In this document: positions 1 to 11,500 of the stretch, in pieces | Layout: every line of letters begins with the position of its first letter | Position numbering within the stretch: position 1 is the first letter of the stretch | Program-made: the position numbers and the translations under genes | From: Saprolegnia diclina VS20 | Lineage: Eukaryota | Length of the DNA stretch: 42,329 bases | Direction: 5' to 3' | Assembly: GCF_000281045.1 (NCBI RefSeq) | Contig: NW_008246068.1 | Location: 691,067-733,395 of the forward strand | Notes under the pieces: generated by a model | Databases searched by the model: none | What the model was told of the DNA's origin: nothing | What the model saw: the letters and a program-made list of their open reading frames with translations, nothing else

Positions 1-215
1 GTACCCGCACATACTTCGGCGTCAGCTCTCGGCGTCAATCGCTGATCTTGGGCGACGACCCTGACCTCTTCTGCTCCTACCGGGATCCGGTCCAGGTGTG
101 GTGGATTTGGCGCGGCCCGACTTCAAGTTGCGTGATAATAGACTGGACCTCTTAAAATGCATACTTGTGAAACATCAAATGCCAGAGGAGATACCAACTT
201 CGTCGACCGAGCACG

Positions 216-1574
216 ATGGGCAGCGAGCAGTCGACGCCCGCGTCGCCGGTCCCGGAAGAGGGCGATGGCTCGAGCTCTGGCTTCCGCGTGCTTGGCATCC
301 AGGAGAACTCGCCCTCGTCAACGGTCGGCTTTGTCTCGTTCTTTGACTTTATCGTGGCGGCGAATGGCATTCGATTGGTATGCATCAAGAGGTCATGGCG
401 ACGGCGCGCTCACGCCCACCTGTGTAGGACACGAAGGACGCGACGTTCATGGAGATCATTGCACAGAGCGAAGACGTGCCCATGAAGCTCTCGATATACA
501 ACATCAAGTCGCAGACGACCCGCGGTACATGACGTTGCCGTCCTCGCCTGTCCTGGATGCAAATGACTAGAGCTCGAGATGACACCGACGCGCCAATGGC
601 CTGGGAAGGGCATGCTGGGCGTCACGATCCGCTTTGACTCGTTTGAAGGCGCCGAAGACAACCTGCTCCACGTGCTTGTACGCGCAAGATCCACGAAGCG
701 TGTGCACTCAACCGCGACGTCTGTAGGAGGTGGCCGACAAGTCGCCGGCGCAGCTTGCGACGCTCGAGCCCGAGGCAGACTTCCTCCTTGGCACGCACGA
801 GCGCGTTTTTCGAGGTAATGACGACGCTGTCTTGCTGTCGATGACGACATGTCGACTAGATCCCGAAGACCTCTACGATGAGATTTTGGACAGCCTCGAC
901 AAGCCTTTGCAGTGCTACGTCTACAGGTACGACGCACTCACTGCACGACTGCGGTAGACTCATGGTTGTCTCGTCGTAGCGCCAGAACAGACCAGGTCCG
1001 GCTGGTCACGATCGTGCCCAACGACCGCTGGGGCGGCGAAGGCTTTGGTTTCCTCGGCGCCGAGGTCGGCCACGGGTATCTTCACCGTCTACCCGCGAGT
1101 GTGCGCCATTCGAACGGCGAGTCGGTCGGCTTTGTCAACATTGCGGCGCACACCCAAGCTGCGACCGATGTCTACGGTACCATTCCTCCCGTCTCCTGCG
1201 TCCGTCACTGTAGTGCATAGCGCGCGAGCTGCCGGCCGAGCCCGTCGCGCCGGTTGAAGACACGGTCCGAGCTTCATTCTCGTTGCAATCACGCTGCATA
1301 CAACGCATAGGTCGAGGCGGCCGAGACGCCTATCGAAGCACCCGCCGTGGTTGCCCCCGTGGTGGTGGCGTCGACACCTGCACTGGCCGAAGTCCTCTCG
1401 GTGAGTGCGCCATCGTCGACGTCGTCGTTGCCGTCGCCGCGGCGGGACGTCGTGGCCATCGCGCCAGCGCCCAAGTCCAACCCAGTGACAACGTCGCCGT
1501 TTCCGCCCATGGGCTTCCCGGGGTTCCCCATGTCGACGGTCGAGACGTACATCAACCCCATGTCCCGCGACTAA
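216..1574 (+). CDS. GORASP: Golgi reassembly stacking protein (GRASP55/65), ~8 exons
   Basis: Spliced product MGSEQS...GFRVLGIQENSP...FFDFIVAANGIRL|DTKDATF...YNIKSQTTR|ELEMTPTRQWPGKGMLGVTIRF...LHVL|EVADKSPAQLA...VPNDRWGGEG..LGAEVGHGYLHRLP. This gives two GRASP PDZ-like domains, a Gly2 myristoylation motif and a Ser/Pro-rich tail. GT-AG introns include 378-427, 525-570 and 679-726. Confidence 0.93.
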
Positions 1575-1605
1575 GTACTGTTGACGACGTGTGTATTGCG
1601 CAAGT

Positions 1606-3112
1606 CTACTCGGCGGCTTCGAGCTGCTTGAGCATGTCGAGAATCGACTCGGCTGTCTTTTTGCTCTGGGGCACACCCGTCCCCGTGTAGTACATGTCGG
1701 CGAGGTTCTTCCACGCCGACATCGAGTGGCGGTCGGCCGCCGCTTGGTAGTACTGAAAGGCCTTGGTGTACTCGCGGCGTTCGTACTTGAGCGCGCCGAG
1801 GCAGCAGAGCGCGTCGGCGTGTTCGAGTTTTGCCGCTTGCGTGTAATATTCGATCGCTTGCCGCATGTCGGGCGCCGTCAGCGGAGGCAGACCGTAGTGG
1901 TAGGCGTCGGCCATGCAGTAGATGGCGTCGGCGTCGTCGCATGCGACAGCGGCCTCGAGGTAGCGCCAAAACACCTCAGCGTCGGGCGCGATACCCATGG
2001 TCTCGTCCCCGCTGCGGTAGAGCTGGGCGAGGTAGTAGCGGGCGCCGCCATGACCTTTGTCAGCGGCCGCTTCGAGCATGAGGAGGCTGCTGGTCGCGTT
2101 CGCCGGGACGACATCGTGGCCGACGTGTAGCACATGACCCATGAAGAAGAGCGCACTGGGGTCGCCGACCTCGGCCGCCTTCATAAAGTAGCTCATCGCG
2201 CGCTCAGCGTCCGTGGGGATCGGAGGCACTGAGTTGGCGCTGCCGTTGTAGTAGAGCAGCCCAAGGTTGTAGAGCGCATCCGGGTGCGGGTTCTGGCAGT
2301 TGGCGAGGAGCGAGTACCACGCGGCGCCGGCGTGCGCGAGCGGCGGGTCGTGCTCCATGCAGAGGTTCCCGAGGCGGACGTAGGCGTCGCGGTGCCTGCA
2401 ATGACTCTGTATGAGGACGTGTCCTTGGAGAGGGTGACGTACCCGGCATCGGCCGCGCGGCGGAGCCACTCGACACCCTTGGCGTTGTCTTGGCGCATGA
2501 GCTCCATCGGGTCGGACGGGGCCACAAAGGCCTCGTCGAGCGGCGGTAGTTTCTTGCGCCCGTTCAAGAGCGGCTCGACGATGCTGCCAAAGACGTCGTC
2601 CAAGGCGTCAGTCGTCGTATGCTGGACGAGACTCGCGGCCTGTGTCTTCTTCTTTTGCTCTTCGCGGTACGCCTTGTACATCTTGCGCGCCTGCTTCCGA
2701 ATGGTCCTGATGTCCTGCGGGTCGGTGGTTGCATTTGCCTTTTGGCGCATGTCCTCGGCATCGAGGAGCCACTCGTCTTCGGCCGACGTCGCGTCATTGG
2801 CCTCGTCGTCTTCGAGGTACATGAGCCCTAGCTCATATTGCGCGACAGCGTCCTCCTTGTAGGCGCGCACATGCAGCGCCTGGACCTCGTCCCAAAAGGC
2901 CTACGTAGCAAGACGCATGAGGACTGGCGATTGTCGCGTAGGATTACATTGTCAGTTGGCACCGACGCACCATGCAGCGATCGCACATGCAGAGAAAAAG
3001 GCTGCGCATGGCGCAACGGGTGCGTGACAGAGACCACCGAGCGCTGCTGCGTTCGCACGCGGGATGCCTGCCGAGCGGCGTGGCGGGCCAGTACTGCTAC
3101 GCGCCGCAGCAT
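1606..3112 (-). CDS. Sel1-like repeat protein with probable mitochondrial presequence (~3 exons)
   Basis: Multiple SLR motifs (AQYELGLMY, DALYNLGLLYYNG, ALFFMGHV, ARYYLAQLYRSG, ALCCLGALKY, AWKNLADMYYTGTGV). The N-terminus MLRRVAVLARHAARQASRVRTQQR is Arg-rich and acid-free. Confidence 0.85.
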
Positions 3113-4222
3113 CTTGAGTTTGTCCAACGAAGCCTGAGGATGCGGAAGCGCTTCGCGATGCCATTGGCCCAAAAAGCAAGTGTTTTCGACCAATCCAACA
3201 CAGCCATACGAACGAACCCGATTCGTGCAAATTACGTTGAATTGCAGCCAATCAAGCGCATCGAAGACGTGTTGGAACTTCAGCGAAGATCGAAGACAAC
3301 GCTGTGCAACCAGCTGCTCGGTCTTGTCTCTACCAGGTGCCACATTTCCGAGATTCTTCAACGGAGATCTGGTTTATGGGTCCACCCCCCAGGAGCTCCC
3401 CCGGGGTCCTACTGTTATGTGACGCGGCTGTCTGGAATGTTAGGCGTCGACGCCACCGTGAGGCTAGTCGCACGCAGCTACACGTGCATGCACGCAATGC
3501 GTTTCTCGTCCGCCTCGTCCAGTCCCATGACGAGTCTCATGGATTGATGGCGACTGCGCATCCTCTACTAGTATACATAGTCGACTAAGCTTCGCAGTCC
3601 AAGCGTGTGCGCCAAGTCAGCAAGCTTGGACAGCATGGGGTCCTCTTTCTTGTCACACAACAGAGATCGATCGAGGAGCAACACCAGCCGCACCTACACC
3701 AGCCGCGCTGTAATAGTCCTTGGGTCCTCGCCATGCAAGTGTGATCATAGATTTATCTCGCATAAGTCGTACCCGTAGCGCCTTCGCGCCATCGATCCTC
3801 TCTTCTGGTTCTCGAAGACGGACGAGCAATGAGCAAGAACGAGCATTCGCGTGCTGCGAGTTCGGATTCTGCGTGTCCTCATACGTACAGTACATGAGAT
3901 GTGGGTGCAGTCCACGTTCCATGTCGTGGCGACTCTAGAGCATTTGAGCAGTGCTTGTACGTACGTGCGTGCACGAGACGATGCGTCGAACGCTGCGACA
4001 GCGAGCCCGCGTAATGTTGCGTGCAACTAGCCGACCCAGGCGCTGTGTTATAACGCACCTTTACACTCGGTAGAAAGGGCAATCTGGCGCGGTGGTCCAC
4101 CACCTGCTCGTTCCCGGCGGATACACGGGCGCGACTCACGCGCCGAGTCAGACGACACGAGCGTGGTTTGTAGGCAGCATCATTGGTGAAAAGACAGGTT
4201 CTCGATCAACAACCTCGTCACC

Positions 4223-5974
4223 ATGGCCGCTGCCCGCCCCCGGATCATCCTCTTTGATGGCGAGATCCCGCAAGAGTCGACGCCGCAAGCCAACTTTATT
4301 GAGATGCAGCAGCATCAGAAGGCCAACACGCACGGTCTGCTCTACGACGCGAACCGGGACCACCGAGCCATGTCGGTGCCGCGGCCGCCGCCCAACACGC
4401 ACTTTGCGCAGCCTGCGCACCGGACGCCGACACCAGCGCGCAAGCCGCCGACGTACAACCCGAGCGACTATGGCTTTGCGGCCAAGATGCGCAGTCCGAC
4501 AGCCATGTTCATCGGTGCGGTCGTCGGCGCAATCGTCGGCGGCGTCCTCGCCAACTACAAGGCGCTCAACGGCGACAACATTTCACCAGTCGCCGCGCAG
4601 TGGGTCTCGCTCGTCGGGTCGCTCTTCTACCGCGCCATGACGTGCATCGTCATTCCGCTCGTGCTCTCGTCCATGGCGCTCAGTGTCTCCGAGATGCTGC
4701 GTATCGGGAAGGGCACGGCGATCTCGTGGCGCGTCGCATTGTACTTTTTCCTGACCAAGGTGCTCGCGGCGACGACCGGGCTCTTGATTGCGCTGGCATT
4801 TGCGTCTCAGTTTCAGAACATTGACGAATCGCACCGGCAGCGCGACATTACGTCGGACGCCAAGATGTGGCTGCGCTGCGGCAGCCTTCCGTCCGACGAC
4901 AAGTTTATGACGCTCTCAACCAACGGCACCATCACATGCGAGAGCCGGGACCCTTTGGACGCCCGCGCGATGGCCAACTCGTCCTTTGTCATGCGCGATA
5001 CCAACAACGTCTTTGTGAAGAACGCCGACATTGGCGCGATGCCCAAGCGGACGTTTGCCCAGGCAGTGATTGACATCTCCAACGACATTGTGCCCGACAA
5101 TGTCGTCAAGGCCATGGTGTCGACCAACGTCCTCTCGGTGGCGATGTTTGGGCTCCTCTTTGGCGCCGCCGTGTGCAAGAATTACCGTCAAAACTCGACC
5201 GGTACGCATTACGTCATGGACATTCTGCGCCAAGTCAACCACGTGTGCACGGTGCTTGTGCACTGGCTGCTCGTGCTCGCCCCGATCGGCGTCGCGTCCT
5301 TGGTGGCGGGCGTCGCGGCCGCCAAGCAGCCCATCGTTGGCGACGGACGCGCATTCTTTGCGCAAACGTACGCGTTCATGCTGACGCTGGGCATTGCGAT
5401 CGTCGTGTACACGTGCATGCTGTTGCCGCTCTTTTTAGCGCTCTTGGCGCGCATCAACCCGTACCCGTACCTGCTCAAGATGTTTCCCGCGCAGCTGTTT
5501 GCATTTTGCACGGCCTCGAGCGCCGCGACGCTGCCCGTGTGCATGCGCTGCGTCGAGGGCACGAAAGAAGTGAGCCAGTCGCTCTCGCGCTTTGTCATTA
5601 CGCTCGGCGCGCCGCTCAACAAGGACGGCGCCGCGATTTACCTCTCGGTCGGCATTGTGTTTTTGGCCAATAGCGCCGGCGCCACGCTCTCGGGCCTCGA
5701 CCTCTTCTTGACCATTGTGCTGAGTCTTGTCGGCTCGATGGCTGTCGCGCCCGTGCCCGGTGGCTGCCCCGCCGTGCTCTACTGCATTTGGACGTCGCTC
5801 ACATCGGTGAACTCCAACCAAGTGCCCGGCGCGCTTCAGACGCTCCTCCTCCTCGATTGGTTTGTCGATCGGTTCACGGCCGCGGTCAACGTCACGGGCG
5901 ACACGGTCGTCGCCCGCGTCATCGCCAAGCAGATTGACGAGCAAGGCGTCGACGAGCAGACTGCCGACTACTAA
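4223..5974 (+). CDS. Dicarboxylate/amino acid:cation symporter (DAACS/SLC1 family), intronless
   Basis: 583-aa multi-TM ORF with family motifs VPDNVV, FCTASSAATLP, GAPLNKDG, APVPGG and DWFVDRFTAAVNVTGD. Confidence 0.93.
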   Translation: MAAARPRIILFDGEIPQESTPQANFIEMQQHQKANTHGLLYDANRDHRAMSVPRPPPNTHFAQPAHRTPTPARKPPTYNPSDYGFAAKMRSPTAMFIGAVVGAIVGGVLANYKALNGDNISPVAAQWVSLVGSLFYRAMTCIVIPLVLSSMALSVSEMLRIGKGTAISWRVALYFFLTKVLAATTGLLIALAFASQFQNIDESHRQRDITSDAKMWLRCGSLPSDDKFMTLSTNGTITCESRDPLDARAMANSSFVMRDTNNVFVKNADIGAMPKRTFAQAVIDISNDIVPDNVVKAMVSTNVLSVAMFGLLFGAAVCKNYRQNSTGTHYVMDILRQVNHVCTVLVHWLLVLAPIGVASLVAGVAAAKQPIVGDGRAFFAQTYAFMLTLGIAIVVYTCMLLPLFLALLARINPYPYLLKMFPAQLFAFCTASSAATLPVCMRCVEGTKEVSQSLSRFVITLGAPLNKDGAAIYLSVGIVFLANSAGATLSGLDLFLTIVLSLVGSMAVAPVPGGCPAVLYCIWTSLTSVNSNQVPGALQTLLLLDWFVDRFTAAVNVTGDTVVARVIAKQIDEQGVDEQTADY

Positions 5975-6568
5975 TGTATGTGAATCCAACACCTTGATTA
6001 TATGAGTCCGATGGTGGTCGTCATGGTATGACGCGTGACATGGATACAGGAGACAAAGTGTTCTCAATGCGCGCCCTCGCTTTCGGCCTTGCATTTCGCA
6101 GTGGTTGTGTCGGGAGCAGGTCGAGGGCAGTACCCCTACCCCTGCCCTACCCCTTTACTGAGCCTCGGTATATGGACCTGGATACGCACCGTTCAAGCAA
6201 CGACACACGCTCGTCCTCACATACGAGAGCGCCGTGTCCTGTCTTACTCGACTTGTGCGCTCCATGCCGCGCGCACTGCTATTATGGGTGCATTTACGGC
6301 GTGAAAAGTTAGGTCCCTGCCAAGCCCTGCCCATGCTTGCGAGTTCAAACCCTTTCGACCGCAATACTGTAGTACGGGCGGGGTACGTGCTCTACCGCAG
6401 CTCTAGATCGCTAGTGTCGTGTCGCTCGTTTAGCTTAGACTCGTAGTGGCGATGGCGTTGATTCCACGACCAAGCCGAACTCGAAGTTCGAAGTACACGA
6501 ATATGCGATCTCTGCCTTCGAGGCTTTTCATCATTTTCGACCACGCGGCCAAGGAAGAGACAGACAGC

Positions 6569-6793
6569 ATGGCGTTCAACCTCTTTGCCCCGGCCGAGAC
6601 GATCAACTACGACTTCGTCGCGGGCATGTACGGCCTCTTCACGCTCCTCGCGATCGTGCTCTATGTGCTGCAGCACTACACGGACGCGGTCGAAGGCTTC
6701 TACATCGTCATGGCCCCGTTCGCGCCGTGCCTGCTCTGGAGCCTCGTTGTGCGCCGCAACTGGCTGCGCCTCGAGAAGGCCAAGACCGACTAA
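6569..6793 (+). CDS. Small (74 aa) two-TM membrane protein with C-terminal KxKxx ER-retrieval motif
   Basis: Strong GC3 codon bias from ATG 6569. Two hydrophobic helices (GMYGLFTLLAIVLYVL; FYIVMAPFAPCLLWSLVV). Ends EKAKTD*. Confidence 0.75.
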   Translation: MAFNLFAPAETINYDFVAGMYGLFTLLAIVLYVLQHYTDAVEGFYIVMAPFAPCLLWSLVVRRNWLRLEKAKTD

Positions 6794-6828
6794 CCGTCCA
6801 CGCTTTTGTAATCGATGCTTGCTATATA

Positions 6829-8312
6829 CTATCCAAAGTGGCGCGACGCGAAGCGTGGCATGTGCTGTCGCTTCGCGCGCTTCTCCCGCACGAGCGACAG
6901 CGCCTGTCGCCGCCGGTACGCGCTCTGGAGGCGCACGACGCTGCGGTAACCCGGGCTGCTCTCGGCCTTGATGATGTTGCGCGAGTTGGGCCGCGAAAAC
7001 GTGAGCTTGCAGCGCTGGAAGCTGTAGTAGTAGCGCGCCTTGGTTGCGGGATCGACGCACTCGACCCACGCGTTGTCCTTGTCCCGCGCGAGCTCGAGTG
7101 CGACGCGACGGACCTCAACGTCTGCACGCAGCTTGGCGTCTGAGAGAAGGACCTCGAGCATCTGTAGCTCCATGAAGCGGGGCACGACAGCCCTTGCGCC
7201 GTCAAAGTCCCTACACATCACACGCTCCCAATGCCGGTCAACGATCTATGCAAACACGTACGGCGGCTCATCAAGCACGCACGCTTGGGTGTCGCGGTTG
7301 TAGTAGTACGGGACGCCGCCGTCCTCCGTGTGCGCCATGAACCACACGTTTTCCTTTGGCGTCCGGGTCGGGGGCTCGAGGACCTTGGCCAAGTACGGCG
7401 CCGCGACCGCCGTCGGCAAGAGATGCGCTTGCATGTGCACGTGGTTGAGGGCGCAGGAGACCCAGTCTCGGAGTCGGAGGTACGCGGGCATGCGCTGCCA
7501 CGACGGATCGGTCGGCGGCACTTGGTACGTCGACGGCAGCGACAACAGAAGGTCGTCAAGGTGATGGCGCGAGAGGTCGTACGGCTTGGTGAAGAGGCCC
7601 ATGGGTTCATTGCACGCGACCCACTCCCACCCGCAGAGGTGTGCGTCAATGTTCTTGACGATCCACGCGGCCCAGACGCCCGACCAAAGCACAGCGGCTG
7701 TGGCCTTCGGCGACGGCACGTTGAAGAGCCAGAGGACGCAGCGCACGGTGGTGAGGACGGCTTCGGACGGCGGAAAGTCCCACCCGAGCGGATCTAAGAA
7801 GTCCGACTTGCCCATTTCTTGAAGCGCAATGACGCTCTCGTCGTACGCCGAGACTAGAAGCAGTGCTCGGCACGCATCGAGCATCGAGGAGGGTACCAAT
7901 CGCAAGCACTTCCATCTTGGTGAACGCTGGCGACAGGTACGGGCGCTTGGCAATGTACTCCTATACCGCGAGATCGTTCAGAGCCACGCAAGGGTGTCGT
8001 ACCTTGTCGAGCTGCATGGCGAGCTGCGCTTTCGGGACGCCTTTGGCTTGCAGCTCCTTCTTGAGCTTCTCGAGGTAGCTTGCCAAAGCGTCGTCCTCGG
8101 GCATGCCAAAACTATCTACTAGCCAAACAAGGATAAAGATAGATCCACGGAATACCATCCACTGCGTCGCCGCCTTTGATGACCTCTGCGCTCTCACACA
8201 TCGGGCCCTCTCGACTTTTCAGACTGGTACACCCCCGACCAAGGCGTCGCGCATCGCGGAGAGTGTCGTCAACTGGTGAACCACCGCCGAGCGGCGCTAT
8301 ATAATCCAGCAT
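6829..8312 (-). CDS. Protein with two degenerate WW domains and C-terminal IQ motif (~5 exons; start uncertain, 8201 or 8312)
   Basis: WW-like VWFMAHTEDGGVPYYYNRDTQ and AWVECVDPATKARYYYSFQRCKLTFSRP; IQ-like VVRLQSAYRRRQAL. Canonical short introns join the exons in frame. Confidence 0.75.
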
Positions 8313-8559
8313 AACTTCATGTTTGCGTGCGATCGAATTCTGAACCAAAGCGTTCGTACCAGCTCTCCTCGCAACGCTTGCGTCGACGCCGAACGAACAG
8401 CGACCAACTTATGACGGTTCAACAGAGCTCGAGGGACGCCGCGTTTGTCGCATCCGGTACAGTGGGCGCGACTTGACTCGGAACCGGTACGGCGTCGTAA
8501 CCGTCCCGACACTCTCACAAGTCGTTCAACAGCAGGTTCACCTCGTGCCATCGGCGCCG

Positions 8560-11500
8560 ATGCAGATTCAAGTTCGCCCGTCCGTGGCCACGGGTCCTGG
8601 CATCTCTTGCACATTTTCGCCTCAGCGATTTCACTGCCTTGGCCGCCGCCTCGTCGAGCTCGGTGGCATGCTCTCTGTCGTTGTTTCAATTGGCATCAGC
8701 ACCTGCGCCCTCGCTATCTTTGCCTCGTATCTCGAGACCGACTTTTTCGTGCCCAACTTTAGCTCAGCAACACCGATCCTCGTCGCCATCCTCAACCACC
8801 ACCTCGCTCTCTCCAGGTCCGGCGCTATCGACGTCCTTGCACCTCAATCCGCTTTTGTACCGTCACTTCAAGGCGCGAGTCCGGCGTATCCGCGCCTCAT
8901 CATGTACCAGGAGCTCACCCGTCTTCTTGATGGGGTGCGGGGTCTGCGACGCCTTGGCGCAACGCAGGTCGTCAAGATGGTCTCGCCCTACTGCTGGGCC
9001 GACCTCAACAAGACGTACGAGCTCGCATACACGACCAAGCGCCAAGCGCGATGTGCTCTGTATGAAGCCACGAACGGCGCTGTACACCTCGAGACGGTGC
9101 TCCGCAACATTGATTTCAGCGGCTTTCTGGACGCGACCCAAGGACTCTTTCTGTCGACTATAGCGCATCCGATTGCGCAAAGTGGGTCGGCTGGCGCAGC
9201 GTGGCTCTCGACTCTAGAGACGCACGTGTGGACGCCCGAGGCAGACGAAGTGGCACTCTGGGCGTCGTACGGGCTTGAGCGCTATACGCTGCAGTACGGC
9301 ACCGGTATCAGCATCGGCGTGTCCGAGTCGATCTGGGTCGAGACAGCACTCGGACAGATATTGTCGTTGCCGCTCAAGACAATATCGACGACCAATCGGT
9401 GGACGTTTCGAACGACCAAGGTCCTCTACAATCTCTTGTACAACGACTTGTACGCCATTGGGTCCAACCAGAGTCTCGTTCGGGGTACGACCAACTACTT
9501 TGGCGACGTGGACGCGAGTCAGATTGAGGCGTTCGCTATGCAACCTCCGCTCAAACCAGTACAACAGGCCATCCACAACAACCTCGGACCGTTCGGCAGC
9601 ATTGACGTCAAGTGGGTACCGCCACCACCGCGCCTCCTCACCGCTGTGCAAGCGTTTGAAGCGACCCTCGTCGCAGCACTTGTGACGTCGACCACAATGC
9701 CATCGGTCGACATGTCCCGCGAGACGCTGCTCGTGACGCCACGCCGCTGGCTAAATCGTGAGCTCGGCTTTGTCTCGGGCAATCCCATGTGCACTCTGGG
9801 ACGACCGCAGAGCTTTGTGCAGCAAACATTTCGATTCGACGACGTCTGCGGCAGCCAGGCACCGTTGACCCTCGAGTGGCACAGCTTCAACGCTGTCTTT
9901 GCACTTTGGCTTCTCGGTGGCTCGGTGTCGACGACTGACGTCTGTGCGTCATGTCCCACCGACTCGATGGCCTGCCAACGACTAGTGACCAAAGCCAAAA
10001 CGCTCTATGACGCATTGTCTCTACCACTGCTGGACCCGGCGTTGCTATCAGATCTTATATCGCTGGACATTGGGTTCCTCCAGATCTTTTACACCAACCA
10101 GACAGCCATCGCTGTCGACCAGCAGCGGCTCCTCGCNNNNNNNNNNNNNNNNNNNNNNNNNNNNNNNNNNNNNNNNNNNNNNNNNNNNNNNNNNNNNNNN
10201 NNNNNNNNNNNNNNNNNNNNNNNNNNNNNNNNNNNNNNNNNNNNNNNNNNNNGTGACTTCGTACACGCTCCTCTCTGGCTTGTACGCTCCGGTGGTCGCT
10301 GACCCGATCGTACCACCGGCGGCACTTGGCCCGTACCTATGGTACCTTGCGACCATCACGACAGGCACGCTTACCATTCTCTCCGGGCTTGTCTTTGGAC
10401 TGCGCAGTGTGAGCGGCAGCGCTGACTACGACTGGTTTCACTTTAGTCCTTTAGTCGCATCGGTGTGGGTGAGTCGAAATCTACTAATATGTCGCAGTGT
10501 TGCGGCCATTCTGTGCTTGGCCACGGTGCCACTCGACACAATGTCTTTGCATGGAATCACACGTCTCGTGCTAGCGCCGCGGTCGATTTGGATATCGATC
10601 GTGTTGGCACTGGACAGCCTCTGGCTCGCCCACGTGGCCCACGGCGTGCTGCTTCCACTGAGTGCCGCCAGGTCTGCGCTGCCAATTCCGTTGCTTGGCT
10701 GTCTCGCGATCGGCTTAATCGACCAGTTGGCGCCTGTCGCCTTGACGACTCAGCTCGGCCGAGAGTGTTATGCTGTCAACATGGACCAAATGACGTATTG
10801 TGTCAATGGCAGCATCAGCGTCGGCAGTTTGGAACGAAGTGTGGTTCTCGGAGCGGTCGTTGGAGCGGCCATTACCGCGTCATTTCTCTGGTCGCTTTGG
10901 TTCCCGGATATTCGTGCGTCGCCTCGCCCAAGTGCTCTAATACCCCCGATGGCACCGCTGCACGTCGCTACGACGGGCCACCGACTGAGCTTGGTCACGG
11001 CGGTCATGTGCGGTCTCGTGCCGCTGACCTGGCGAAACCGCGTTCACGTGTTTGATCTCAAGCTGTGGCTTCTTATTCAGTCAAATGACGAAGCGCTGGA
11101 TGCTACTAGTACGTTACGAGACCTCGCCATAGTGCTGTCATTCAGCGAACCGTCGATCCTATCGCTACCTTCGAGGGTCTCTCATTCCGTCTTGGGCCGC
11201 AAGTCTGTTCAGCGATTCCTCCGGTGCACAGGTTTAGGCTACATTGGCATCACTCTCTGGAGTAACGCTGCCTACCTGAGCGTCCTGGAGACAGCGCTGG
11301 CCAACGACTATGGCTGGGCCGGCTTCAACGCTACTGGCATGCACGCCTTCCTTGCCAATACGTTCAACCGCCAGCTCCTCACGTCCACTGACGCTTCGAT
11401 TGCACTGCACGACCCAGCGTTCGGGGACCCACTGCAGTCATACAACTCGTCCGCCACCACCGTCGCGTGGTATCCCACGGTGGCGCGCCGGTACCTCTTC

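Noticed and set aside
1..12. Minus-strand ATG TGC GG|GTAC (MCG + possible intron donor), like an Ntn-amidotransferase start
   Set aside because: Only 12 nt at the window edge; cannot be supported.
3597..3631. Hairpin gtccaagc...gcttggac in intergenic DNA
   Set aside because: An 8-bp stem is expected by chance, and there are no tRNA or snoRNA features.
8473..8559. TTG/GTG-initiated N-terminal extensions in the ORF track (also 18791, 38521, 39407)
   Set aside because: This is a eukaryotic locus, and the downstream ATGs fit codon bias and homology better.
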